A stretch of DNA of 64,000 bases from Escherichia phage vB_EcoM-S1P5QW. This document shows, one piece after another, positions 49,294 to 58,625 of this stretch (position 1 is the stretch's first letter; each line of letters starts with the position of its first letter). The position numbers and the translations under genes were made by a program. The notes under the pieces are model-generated. The model was not told the DNA's origin. It was given only the letters and a program-made list of their open reading frames with translations, and made no database searches. The stretch is from the sequence record OL956808.1, one strand, 5' to 3'.

Positions 49294-50253
49294 ATGATTA
49301 CCGTAAATGAAAAAGAACACATTCTTGAACAGAAATATCGTCCATCTACTATCGATGAATGTATTCTTCCCGCCTTTGATAAAGAAACCTTTAAATCTAT
49401 TACAAGTAAAGGTAAGATTCCACATATTATTCTTCATTCTCCTTCTCCAGGAACAGGTAAAACAACTGTAGCAAAAGCATTGTGTCATGATGTAAATGCT
49501 GATATGATGTTTGTGAATGGATCAGACTGTAAAATTGATTTCGTTCGTGGTCCTTTGACTAATTTTGCCAGCGCCGCTTCATTTGATGGTCGTCAAAAAG
49601 TAATAGTTATTGATGAATTTGACCGCTCAGGATTAGCAGAGTCTCAGCGACATCTTCGTTCCTTTATGGAAGCTTATAGTTCAAACTGTAGTATTATTAT
49701 TACTGCTAACAATATTGATGGTATTATTAAACCGCTTCAGTCACGCTGCCGAGTTATTACGTTCGGTCAACCGACCGATGAAGATAAAATTGAAATGATG
49801 AAGCAGATGATTCGTCGATTGACTGAAATCTGCAAGCATGAAGGAATTGCTATAGCTGATATGAAAGTTGTAGCAGCTTTGGTTAAAAAGAATTTTCCTG
49901 ATTTTCGTAAAACTATTGGCGAGCTCGATAGTTATTCATCTAAAGGTGTTTTGGATGCTGGTATTTTATCACTGGTTACTAACGATCGTGGTGCTATTGA
50001 TGATGTTCTTGAGTCTCTCAAAAATAAAGATGTTAAACAACTCAGAGCTTTAGCACCAAAATATGCGGCTGATTATTCGTGGTTCGTTGGTAAACTTGCC
50101 GAAGAAATCTATACACGCGTAACTCCACAAAGTATTATTCGTATGTATGAAATTGTTGGTGAAAATAACCAGTATCACGGAATTGCGGCTAATACGGAAT
50201 TACATTTAGCATATCTTTTCATTCAATTGGCATGCGAAATGCAGTGGAAGTGA
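49294..50253 (+). CDS. 44: clamp loader large subunit gp44 (AAA+)
   Basis: 319 aa from ATG 49294 (RBS GAGGAA); Walker A GTGKTT, DEFD box. Confidence 0.92.
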   Translation: MITVNEKEHILEQKYRPSTIDECILPAFDKETFKSITSKGKIPHIILHSPSPGTGKTTVAKALCHDVNADMMFVNGSDCKIDFVRGPLTNFASAASFDGRQKVIVIDEFDRSGLAESQRHLRSFMEAYSSNCSIIITANNIDGIIKPLQSRCRVITFGQPTDEDKIEMMKQMIRRLTEICKHEGIAIADMKVVAALVKKNFPDFRKTIGELDSYSSKGVLDAGILSLVTNDRGAIDDVLESLKNKDVKQLRALAPKYAADYSWFVGKLAEEIYTRVTPQSIIRMYEIVGENNQYHGIAANTELHLAYLFIQLACEMQWK

Positions 50254-50254
50254 T

Positions 50255-50818
50255 ATGAGCTTATTTGAAGATGATATTCAATTAAACGAGCATCAAGTTG
50301 CTTGGTATTCAAAAGATTGGACAGCTGTCCAATCCGCTGCTGATTCTTTTAAAGAAAAAGCTGAAAATGAATTTTTTGAAATAATTGGAGCTATTAATAA
50401 TAAAACTAAATGCTCTATTGCTCAAAAAGATTATTCAAAATTCATGGTCGAAAATGCATTATCACAATTTCCAGAGTGCATGCCAGCTGTATATGCTATG
50501 AATTTAATTGGATCAGGTTTAAGTGATGAAGCCCATTTTAATTATCTGATGGCTGCAGTTCCTCGTGGTAAAAGATATGGTAAATGGGCAAAACTGGTCG
50601 AAGATTCCACCGAAGTATTGATTATTAAGTTACTTGCTAAGCGGTATCAAGTTAATACAAATGATGCAATTAACTATAAATCAATTCTTACTAAAAATGG
50701 AAAACTACCTTTAGTATTAAAAGAACTTAAAGGATTAGTCACGGATGATTTTTTAAAAGAAGTGACTAAGAACGTAAAAGAACAGAAACAACTCAAAAAA
50801 CTAGCATTGGAATGGTAA
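50255..50818 (+). CDS. 62: clamp loader small subunit gp62
   Basis: 187 aa immediately after gene 44. Confidence 0.88.
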   Translation: MSLFEDDIQLNEHQVAWYSKDWTAVQSAADSFKEKAENEFFEIIGAINNKTKCSIAQKDYSKFMVENALSQFPECMPAVYAMNLIGSGLSDEAHFNYLMAAVPRGKRYGKWAKLVEDSTEVLIIKLLAKRYQVNTNDAINYKSILTKNGKLPLVLKELKGLVTDDFLKEVTKNVKEQKQLKKLALEW

Positions 50819-50819
50819 A

Positions 50820-51188
50820 ATGATTGAAATTACTCTTAAAAAACCTGAAGATTTTCTGAAAGTAAAAGAAACTTTGACTCGTATGGGAATTGCTAATAAT
50901 AAAGATAAAGTTCTGTATCAGTCCTGTCATATTCTTCAGAAAAAAGGACTATACTATATCGTTCATTTTAAAGAAATGCTTCGTATGGATGGCCGGCAAG
51001 TTGAAATGACAGAAGAAGATGAAGTTCGTCGTGATTCGATTGCATGGCTGTTAGAAGATTGGGGACTGATTGAAATCGTTCCTGGACAAAGAACTTTTAT
51101 GAAAGATTTAACTAATAACTTCCGAGTTATTTCTTTTAAACAAAAACATGAATGGAAACTCGTTCCTAAATATACGATTGGTAATTAA
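50820..51188 (+). CDS. regA: translational repressor RegA
   Basis: 122 aa, MIEITLKKPEDFLKVKETLTRMGIA as recalled for T4 RegA. Confidence 0.92.
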   Translation: MIEITLKKPEDFLKVKETLTRMGIANNKDKVLYQSCHILQKKGLYYIVHFKEMLRMDGRQVEMTEEDEVRRDSIAWLLEDWGLIEIVPGQRTFMKDLTNNFRVISFKQKHEWKLVPKYTIGN

Positions 51189-51198
51189 GGTAAATTAT

Positions 51199-51435
51199 AT
51201 GACACAATCAGAGATTCAGTTTACCGAAGCTTTTCTAATATTCGAAAATCTAAAACAAACATATGGTCTGTCTTCTACTCAACTGGTTTTTGACCTCCCG
51301 GAAGATAAACAAATAGAATTCCAAAAAGAATTCCAACGATTAGTTTACCCACGCCAACGCGCATTTCATGCGATTATCAAAACCACAAATAAAGATGGCA
51401 AGTCCGTTATATCGCGTCGTACAATAGAAATTTAA
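51199..51435 (+). CDS. hypothetical protein
   Basis: 78 aa from ATG 51199 (RBS AAGG). Confidence 0.5.
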   Translation: MTQSEIQFTEAFLIFENLKQTYGLSSTQLVFDLPEDKQIEFQKEFQRLVYPRQRAFHAIIKTTNKDGKSVISRRTIEI

Positions 51436-51440
51436 AGCAA

Positions 51441-51456
51441 AGGGGCTTCGGCCCCT
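51441..51456 (+). terminator. GGGGCTTCGGCCCC hairpin
   Basis: perfect GC stem with UUCG loop upstream of gene 43. Confidence 0.5.
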
Positions 51457-51515
51457 TATTTGGAGTATAATATATCAAGAGCCTAATAACTCGGGCTATA
51501 AACTAAGGAATATCT

Positions 51516-54212
51516 ATGAAAGAATTTTATATCTCTATCGAAACAGTCGGAAATAATATTGTTGAACGTTATATTGATGAAAACGGAAAGGAACGTACTC
51601 GTGAAGTAGAATATCTTCCGACTATGTTTAGGCATTGTAAGGAAGAGTCAAAATACAAAGACATCTATGGTAAAAACTGCGCTCCTCAAAAATTTCCATC
51701 AATGAAAGATGCTCGAGATTGGATGAAGCGAATGGAAGACATCGGTCTCGAAGCTCTCGGTATGAACGATTTTAAACTCGCTTATATCAGTGATACGTAT
51801 GGTTCAGAAATTGTTTATGACCGAAAATTTGTTCGTGTAGCTAACTGTGACATTGAGGTTACTGGTGATAAATTTCCTGACCCAATGAAAGCTGAATATG
51901 AAATTGATGCTATCACTCATTACGATTCAATTGATGATCGTTTTTATGTTTTCGACCTTTTGAATTCAATGTACGGTTCAGTATCAAAATGGGATGCAAA
52001 GTTAGCTGCTAAGCTTGACTGTGAAGGTGGTGATGAAGTTCCTCAAGAAATTCTTGACCGAGTAATTTATATGCCATTCGATAATGAGCGTGATATGCTC
52101 ATGGAATATATCAATCTCTGGGAACAGAAACGACCTGCTATTTTTACTGGTTGGAATATTGAGGGATTTGACGTTCCGTATATCATGAATCGCGTTAAAA
52201 TGGTTCTCGGTGAACGTAGTATGAAACGCTTCTCTCCAATCGGTCGAGTAAAATCTAAACTAATTCAAAATATGTACGGCAGCAAAGAAATTTATTCTAT
52301 TGATGGCGTATCTATTCTTGATTATTTAGATTTGTATAAGAAATTCGCATTTACTAATTTGCCGTCATTCTCTTTGGAATCAGTTGCTCAGCATGAAACC
52401 AAAAAGGGTAAATTACCATACGACGGTCCTATTAATAAACTTCGTGAGACTAATCATCAACGATACATTAGTTATAACATCATTGACGTAGAATCAGTTC
52501 AAGCAATTGATAAAATTCGCGGGTTTATCGATCTAGTTTTAAGTATGTCTTATTACGCTAAAATGCCTTTTTCCGGTGTAATGAGTCCTATTAAAACTTG
52601 GGATGCTATTATTTTTAACTCATTGAAAAGTGAACATAAGGTTATTCCTCAACAAGGTTCGCACGTTAAACAAAGTTTTCCGGGTGCATTTGTATTTGAA
52701 CCTAAACCGATTGCTCGTCGATACATTATGAGTTTTGACTTGACGTCTCTGTATCCTAGCATTATTCGTCAGGTTAACATTAGTCCTGAGACTATTCGTG
52801 GGCAGTTTAAAGTTCATCCAATTCATGAATATATCGCAGGAACAGCTCCTAAACCGAGTGATGAATATTCTTGTTCTCCGAATGGATGGATGTACGATAA
52901 GCATCAAGAAGGTATCATTCCAAAGGAAATCGCTAAAGTATTTTTCCAGCGTAAAGATTGGAAAAAGAAAATGTTCGCTGAAGAAATGAATGCCGAAGCT
53001 ATTAAAAAGATTATTATGAAAGGCGCAGGGTCTTGTTCAACTAAACCTGAAGTTGAACGATATGTTAAGTTCAGTGATGATTTCTTAAATGAACTATCGA
53101 ATTATACTGAATCTGTTCTCAATAGTTTGATTGAAGAATGTGAAAAAGCAGCTACACTTGCTAATACAAATCAGCTGAACCGTAAAATTCTTATTAACAG
53201 CCTTTACGGTGCTCTTGGTAATATTCATTTCCGTTACTATGATTTGCGAAATGCTACTGCTATCACAATTTTTGGTCAAGTTGGTATTCAGTGGATTGCT
53301 CGTAAAATTAATGAGTATCTGAATAAAGTATGTGGAACTAATGGCGAAGATTTCATCGCAGCAGGTGATACTGATTCGGTATATGTTTGTGTAGATAAAG
53401 TTATTGAAAAAGTAGGTCTTGACCGATTCAAAGAGCAGAACGATTTGGTTGAATTTATGAATCAGTTCGGTAAGAAAAAGATGGAACCTATGATTGATGT
53501 TGCATATCGTGAGTTATGTGATTATATGAATAACCGCGAGCATCTGATGCATATGGACCGTGAAGCTATTTCTTGCCCTCCGCTTGGTTCAAAGGGTGTT
53601 GGTGGATTTTGGAAAGCGAAAAAGCGTTATGCTCTGAACGTTTATGATATGGAAGATAAGCGTTTTGCTGAACCACATCTAAAAATCATGGGTATGGAAA
53701 CTCAGCAGAGTTCAACGCCTAAAGCGGTCCAAGAAGCTCTCGAAGAAAGTATTCGTCGTATTCTTCAGGAAGGTGAAGAGTCTGTCCAAGAATATTACAA
53801 GAACTTCGAGAAAGAATATCGTCAACTTGACTATAAAGTTATTGCTGAAGTAAAAACTGCGAACGATATAGCGAAATATGATGATAAAGGTTGGCCAGGA
53901 TTTAAATGCCCGTTCCATATTCGTGGGGTGCTAACTTATCGTCGAGCTGTTAATGGTCTGGGTGTAGCTCCAATTTTGGATGGAAATAAAGTAATGGTTC
54001 TTCCATTACGTGAAGGAAATCCATTTGGTGACAAGTGTATTGCTTGGCCGTCGGGCACAGAACTTCCAAAAGAAATTCGTTCTGACGTACTGTCTTGGAT
54101 TGACTACTCAACTTTGTTCCAAAAATCGTTTGTTAAACCGCTTGCAGGCATGTGTGAATCGGCTGGTATGGACTATGAAGAAAAAGCTTCGTTAGACTTC
54201 CTGTTTGGCTGA
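51516..54212 (+). CDS. 43: DNA polymerase gp43 (family B)
   Basis: 898 aa; exonuclease and polymerase motifs (YGDTDS, KILINSLYG), N-terminus as recalled for T4 gp43. Confidence 0.97.
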   Translation: MKEFYISIETVGNNIVERYIDENGKERTREVEYLPTMFRHCKEESKYKDIYGKNCAPQKFPSMKDARDWMKRMEDIGLEALGMNDFKLAYISDTYGSEIVYDRKFVRVANCDIEVTGDKFPDPMKAEYEIDAITHYDSIDDRFYVFDLLNSMYGSVSKWDAKLAAKLDCEGGDEVPQEILDRVIYMPFDNERDMLMEYINLWEQKRPAIFTGWNIEGFDVPYIMNRVKMVLGERSMKRFSPIGRVKSKLIQNMYGSKEIYSIDGVSILDYLDLYKKFAFTNLPSFSLESVAQHETKKGKLPYDGPINKLRETNHQRYISYNIIDVESVQAIDKIRGFIDLVLSMSYYAKMPFSGVMSPIKTWDAIIFNSLKSEHKVIPQQGSHVKQSFPGAFVFEPKPIARRYIMSFDLTSLYPSIIRQVNISPETIRGQFKVHPIHEYIAGTAPKPSDEYSCSPNGWMYDKHQEGIIPKEIAKVFFQRKDWKKKMFAEEMNAEAIKKIIMKGAGSCSTKPEVERYVKFSDDFLNELSNYTESVLNSLIEECEKAATLANTNQLNRKILINSLYGALGNIHFRYYDLRNATAITIFGQVGIQWIARKINEYLNKVCGTNGEDFIAAGDTDSVYVCVDKVIEKVGLDRFKEQNDLVEFMNQFGKKKMEPMIDVAYRELCDYMNNREHLMHMDREAISCPPLGSKGVGGFWKAKKRYALNVYDMEDKRFAEPHLKIMGMETQQSSTPKAVQEALEESIRRILQEGEESVQEYYKNFEKEYRQLDYKVIAEVKTANDIAKYDDKGWPGFKCPFHIRGVLTYRRAVNGLGVAPILDGNKVMVLPLREGNPFGDKCIAWPSGTELPKEIRSDVLSWIDYSTLFQKSFVKPLAGMCESAGMDYEEKASLDFLFG

Positions 54213-54224
54213 TAGAATAAATCT

Positions 54225-54247
54225 AGGGACCTCCGGGTCCCTTTTTC
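54225..54247 (+). terminator. intrinsic terminator hairpin plus T-run
   Basis: AGGGACCTCCGGGTCCCT followed by TTTTT. Confidence 0.7.
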
Positions 54248-54296
54248 ATACAAGTAATATAAATCTATACTTATGAAAAACAGATGATTCTGGACC

Positions 54297-54386
54297 TTTA
54301 GAATTCCCTAAAAAAATTTCACAAAACTGTTTACAAGACTGTTCTTCCATGGTACTATACAACTATCAACTACGGAGGAACACAAA
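54297..54386 (+). repeat. promoter/stem-loop cassette (PeSL-like) copy
   Basis: AGAATTCCCTAAAAAAATTTCACAAAACTGTTTACAAGACTGTTCTTCCATGGTACTATACAACTATCAACTACGGAGGAACAC; near-duplicate of 12500-12590 and 28920-28981. Confidence 0.65.
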
Positions 54387-54638
54387 ATGAAAAATATTCA
54401 AACTAATTTTATTCAAAATTTAAAAGTTGTTAACGCAGAAAAAGCTAATAAACTCTTTAAAGTTAAAGAATTTGAAAATGAAGGTAACACTTACGGTATT
54501 ATAGAACAAAATGGAATGGTTACTGGATTAGAAATTTATAATGGTAAAGGAAAATTTCAGTCACAGCCAATTTCTGTTATGGGTGTAAGAAAAGGAATTA
54601 AAACTGAAGATGCTTTAAAGTTATTTGTTAAGTTTTAA
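54387..54638 (+). CDS. hypothetical protein
   Basis: 83 aa downstream of promoter cassette. Confidence 0.55.
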   Translation: MKNIQTNFIQNLKVVNAEKANKLFKVKEFENEGNTYGIIEQNGMVTGLEIYNGKGKFQSQPISVMGVRKGIKTEDALKLFVKF

Positions 54639-54650
54639 GAGGAAATTATT

Positions 54651-55031
54651 ATGAAAATCGCTATTTTGGTTATTGCATTAGGTCTTACTGGTTGTGTGGC
54701 TCAAGGACCGGTAGTAAATCAGTCTGATGTAGGAAAAATTGTAAACTGTTCAAGCAAGTTTTATAATCCTAATGTCAAGTGTTATAAAGAAGCTCCAAAG
54801 CAAACAGTAGAACAAATGCAGGCGAATTTTGACGAAGCTATTCGTCCAGATGAATCTGCTCAAGCATATCGTAATTCGGATGTAATTACACGCGAAGAAA
54901 AAATTGAAAACTACTGCGCCGAGCTTTGGGCTAATTGGGCTAATAATTACCAATGGCGTACCGGTAAAAATGCTCCGATGGAGTATGTAGTGAATTCTTA
55001 TAATTCATGCGTAAAAAATTTGACTAAGTGA
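54651..55031 (+). CDS. predicted lipoprotein
   Basis: 126 aa; signal peptide with lipobox LTGC; RBS GAGGAAA. Confidence 0.6.
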   Translation: MKIAILVIALGLTGCVAQGPVVNQSDVGKIVNCSSKFYNPNVKCYKEAPKQTVEQMQANFDEAIRPDESAQAYRNSDVITREEKIENYCAELWANWANNYQWRTGKNAPMEYVVNSYNSCVKNLTK

Positions 55032-55038
55032 GGAAAAC

Positions 55039-55290
55039 ATGGAAACTTTAGTAGCAGGTTCAATTTTTATGGTTTTAGTTTCAGGCGTGTTGGCTATTAT
55101 TATATACATGCTTCCATGGTTTATCGCCTTGATGCGTGGGTCAAAATCGACAGTAGGAATCTTTTTCACGTCTTTACTGTTTAACTGGTCAATTATTGGT
55201 TGGTTTATTACATTTATTTGGTCAATTGCGGGTGAAACTAAAAAGTCTGCACAGCCAAATCAGGTAATTATCATCAGAGAGAAGGAATGA
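55039..55290 (+). CDS. imm: superinfection immunity membrane protein Imm
   Basis: 83 aa, two transmembrane segments, located between 43 and 42 as in T4. Confidence 0.8.
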   Translation: METLVAGSIFMVLVSGVLAIIIYMLPWFIALMRGSKSTVGIFFTSLLFNWSIIGWFITFIWSIAGETKKSAQPNQVIIIREKE

Positions 55291-55436
55291 AAAGCAAAAT
55301 TATAGCAGTGTTGCTTTTAATCTTGATGATTATAATAAGTATATACTATAGTGTAACGGTTCCTCTTATGATTCCAACTATTATTTTAGGTTGGAGCTTA
55401 TTACTGTTACAAGTTAAATATGAATGTATCAATTGA
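55287..55436 (+). CDS. small hydrophobic peptide
   Basis: 49-aa ORF below the cutoff, ATGA overlap with imm. Confidence 0.4.
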   Translation: MKSKIIAVLLLILMIIISIYYSVTVPLMIPTIILGWSLLLLQVKYECIN

Positions 55437-55443
55437 GGTTTAA

Positions 55444-56184
55444 ATGATTAGTGACTCTATGACAGTTGAAGAAATCCGTCTTCATTTGGGGCTTGCATTA
55501 AAGGAAAAAGATTTCGTAGTTGATAAAACTGGTGTTAAAACTGTTGAAATTATTGGCGCATCATTTGTAGCAGATGAACCCTTTATTTTTGGCGCTCTTA
55601 ATGATGAATACATTCAGCGTGAACTTGAATGGTACAAGTCTCAAAGTCTGTTTGTTAAAGATATTCCAGGTGAAACACCAAAGATTTGGCAGCAGGTAGC
55701 ATCTTCTAAAGGCGAAATTAACTCGAATTATGGTTGGGCTATTTGGTCAGAAGATAACTATGCCCAGTATGATATGTGTTTAGCTGAACTTGGTCAAAAT
55801 CCTGATTCTCGACGTGGTATCATGATTTATACTCGTCCATCTATGCAGTTTGACTATAATAAAGATGGTATGTCAGATTTCATGTGCACGAATACAGTAC
55901 AGTACCTGATTCGTGACAAGAAAGTCAATGCAGTAGTAAGCATGCGCTCAAATGACGTGGTCTTCGGATTCCGTAATGATTATGCATGGCAAAAATACGT
56001 ATTAGATAAATTAGTATCTGATTTGAATGCAGGCGATTCAACTCGTCAGTATAAAGCAGGTTCTATTATATGGAATGTTGGAAGTCTTCATGTATATTCT
56101 CGTCATTTTTACTTGGTTGATCATTGGTGGAATACTGGCGAAACTCATATTGTGAAAAAAGACTATAAAGGTGAGTGGAAATGA
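55444..56184 (+). CDS. 42: dCMP hydroxymethylase gp42
   Basis: 246 aa; thymidylate-synthase-like fold, matches recalled T4 gp42 closely. Confidence 0.92.
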   Translation: MISDSMTVEEIRLHLGLALKEKDFVVDKTGVKTVEIIGASFVADEPFIFGALNDEYIQRELEWYKSQSLFVKDIPGETPKIWQQVASSKGEINSNYGWAIWSEDNYAQYDMCLAELGQNPDSRRGIMIYTRPSMQFDYNKDGMSDFMCTNTVQYLIRDKKVNAVVSMRSNDVVFGFRNDYAWQKYVLDKLVSDLNAGDSTRQYKAGSIIWNVGSLHVYSRHFYLVDHWWNTGETHIVKKDYKGEWK

Positions 56185-57023
56185 TTCAATTCGTAATTCC
56201 AAGTTATCAACGTGTCGGGGCAGTTTCTGCCCTTGATATGTTTCCGACTGATTATGAACCGCATATTGTAGTGCGTGAACACGAAGAAAAAGCTTATTAT
56301 GATGCTTATGGGTCTAGAGCTAAAATTATAACTATTCCTGATGATGTAAACGGAATTGCCGGTACTCGTAAAGCAATTACTGATATGTATGCAGGTCAAC
56401 GAATTTGGATGATTGACGATGATACTACTATTCGTATGAGTTCAATGCGAAAAAGAGATGACCGTCGTTGTGTGGATAAAGTCAATCAATTGACTCATGA
56501 ACAGTTCTATGAATTGATTCAATATGTTGAGGATGCCATGGATTGTGGGTATTATCATGGCCATGCTCGTCTACCTATTTTTAAAATTACTTCATCTTGG
56601 GGCAATTATCGTGAAAATTCATATGGATTCACGAATACATGGTATGACCTCGGAAAACTTACTACAGAACAAATTGGGTATGGAAAAATTGATTTATGCG
56701 AAGATATGTATGCATTTCTCAATTTAATTAGTCAAGGTTATCCGCATTTGGCCTTGTTCAAATATCTGGTTGTATCTGGAAAAGCACAAGCTCCTGGCGG
56801 GTGTAGTTCAATTCGTAGTAATTCTAAACATAATAGAGCGCTTGAGCAAATCAATAGAGAGTTTCCAGAGCAAGCTCGTTGGAAAACTTCTAATATTGAA
56901 AAACGAAAATCGTTGGGTGAAGAAGACGAGCCATTAAAGGTTCTTCGCATGTGTGTTTCACGTAAAGAAAAATCAGAAGCATTTCATAAGTTTAATGCTA
57001 TTCATCCAATAGCAGTTGATTAA
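56175..57023 (+). CDS. DNA glycosyltransferase in the beta-gt locus (GT-A fold with DxD; likely T2/T6-type beta-glucosyl-HMC-alpha-glucosyltransferase)
   Basis: 282 aa with WMIDDDTT DxD motif; unlike the 351-aa T4 beta-gt but in the same position. Confidence 0.6.
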   Translation: MEMIQFVIPSYQRVGAVSALDMFPTDYEPHIVVREHEEKAYYDAYGSRAKIITIPDDVNGIAGTRKAITDMYAGQRIWMIDDDTTIRMSSMRKRDDRRCVDKVNQLTHEQFYELIQYVEDAMDCGYYHGHARLPIFKITSSWGNYRENSYGFTNTWYDLGKLTTEQIGYGKIDLCEDMYAFLNLISQGYPHLALFKYLVVSGKAQAPGGCSSIRSNSKHNRALEQINREFPEQARWKTSNIEKRKSLGEEDEPLKVLRMCVSRKEKSEAFHKFNAIHPIAVD

Positions 57024-57100
57024 TGCCTAAATTTATTGTGTTATAATTACTCTATCTTTAACCAGTGAGGAAAATATAATGATGCCTATGGAAAAAATGA

Positions 57101-58282
57101 ATGTCTATTGCAGATTTAAAATCCCGTTTGATTAAAGCTTCCACTTCTAAAATGACTGCTGAACTGACTACATCTAAATTCTTTAATGAAAAGGATGTAA
57201 TCCGTACAAAAATCCCAATGCTTAATATTGCTATTTCTGGTGCGATTGATGGCGGCATGCAGTCTGGTTTAACTATTTTCGCAGGGCCTTCTAAACACTT
57301 TAAATCAAATATGTCTTTGACTATGGTTGCGGCATATTTGAACAAATATCCTGACGCGGTTTGTCTATTCTATGATAGCGAATTTGGTATTACTCCAGCT
57401 TATTTACGATCCATGGGAGTTGACCCGGAACGAGTAATTCATACGCCAATTCAGTCAGTTGAACAGCTGAAAATTGATATGGTGAACCAGCTTGAAGCTA
57501 TTGAGCGTGGTGAAAAGGTTATTGTATTCATCGACTCAATCGGTAATATGGCTTCTAAGAAAGAAACGGAAGATGCCTTGAATGAAAAATCTGTGGCAGA
57601 TATGACTCGTGCTAAATCACTGAAGTCATTATTCCGTATTGTTACTCCTTATTTTAGCATTAAAAATATTCCATGTGTTGCGGTTAACCATACAATTGAA
57701 ACAATTGAAATGTTTAGTAAAACCGTGATGACAGGTGGTACAGGCGTAATGTATTCGGCTGATACTGTATTCATTATCGGTAAACGCCAGATTAAAGATG
57801 GTTCTGATCTTCAGGGGTATCAATTTGTTCTAAATGTAGAAAAATCTCGTACCGTTAAAGAAAAAAGTAAATTCTTTATTGATGTTAAATTTGACGGTGG
57901 TATCGATCCTTATTCTGGATTGTTAGATATGGCTCTAGAATTAGGATTTGTTGTAAAACCTAAGAATGGTTGGTATGCTCGTGAATTTCTTGACGAAGAA
58001 ACTGGCGAGATGATTCGCGAAGAAAAATCTTGGCGTGCAAAAGATACCAACTGCACTACATTCTGGGGTCCTTTATTTAAGCATCAACCATTCCGAGATG
58101 CTATTAAACGTGCTTATCAGTTAGGTGCTATTGATAGTAATGAAATTGTTGAAGCTGAAGTTGATGAATTGATTAACTCAAAGGTTGAAAAATTTAAATC
58201 TCCAGAAAGTAAAAGTAAATCAGCAGCTGATTTAGAAACTGACCTCGAGCAGTTAAGTGATATGGAAGAATTTAATGAATAA
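57101..58282 (+). CDS. uvsX: RecA-like recombinase UvsX
   Basis: 393 aa; Walker A GPSKHFKS and near-identity to recalled T4 UvsX over most of its length. Confidence 0.95.
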   Translation: MSIADLKSRLIKASTSKMTAELTTSKFFNEKDVIRTKIPMLNIAISGAIDGGMQSGLTIFAGPSKHFKSNMSLTMVAAYLNKYPDAVCLFYDSEFGITPAYLRSMGVDPERVIHTPIQSVEQLKIDMVNQLEAIERGEKVIVFIDSIGNMASKKETEDALNEKSVADMTRAKSLKSLFRIVTPYFSIKNIPCVAVNHTIETIEMFSKTVMTGGTGVMYSADTVFIIGKRQIKDGSDLQGYQFVLNVEKSRTVKEKSKFFIDVKFDGGIDPYSGLLDMALELGFVVKPKNGWYAREFLDEETGEMIREEKSWRAKDTNCTTFWGPLFKHQPFRDAIKRAYQLGAIDSNEIVEAEVDELINSKVEKFKSPESKSKSAADLETDLEQLSDMEEFNE

Positions 58283-58616
58283 AGATGATTTAGACTTAGA
58301 TCTAGAAATTATCGATGAATCCCCCTCTTCGGAGGGGGAAGAAAGAAAAGAACGTCTTTTTAACGAGTCTCTTAAGATAATTAAATCTGCCATGGAAAAT
58401 GTTATCCAGGAGATTGTCATTAAACTAGAAGATGGTTCTACACATATAGTGTATGTAACTAAACTGGATTGGGTTGATGGAAAGGTTGTAATGGACTTTG
58501 CTGTTCTTGACCAAGAAAGAAAAGCTGAGTTAGCTCCTCATGTAGAAAAATGTATTACAATGCAACTACAAGATGCATTTAATAAAAGGTCAAAGAAAAA
58601 GTTTAAATTCTTTTAA
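58257..58616 (+). CDS. 40: head vertex assembly chaperone gp40
   Basis: 119-aa ORF between uvsX and 41; alternative start ATG 58275 (113 aa) has RBS GGAAGAA. Confidence 0.65.
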   Translation: MIWKNLMNKDDLDLDLEIIDESPSSEGEERKERLFNESLKIIKSAMENVIQEIVIKLEDGSTHIVYVTKLDWVDGKVVMDFAVLDQERKAELAPHVEKCITMQLQDAFNKRSKKKFKFF

Positions 58617-58625
58617 GGAGTAAGT

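Noticed and set aside
52620-53918. Shadow ORFs within DNA polymerase gene 43 on both strands
   Set aside because: Embedded in or antisense to the 898-aa polymerase ORF; no independent signals.
57079-57135. Alternative upstream start for uvsX after the GAGGAAAA RBS at 57068
   Set aside because: The ATG at 57079 is out of frame with uvsX and gives only an 18-codon ORF; the in-frame start at 57101 is retained.
58318-58340. CCCCCTCTTCGGAGGGGG hairpin as a terminator
   Set aside because: It lies inside the gp40 coding sequence (encoding ESPSSEGEE); more likely an incidental or RNA-level structure.
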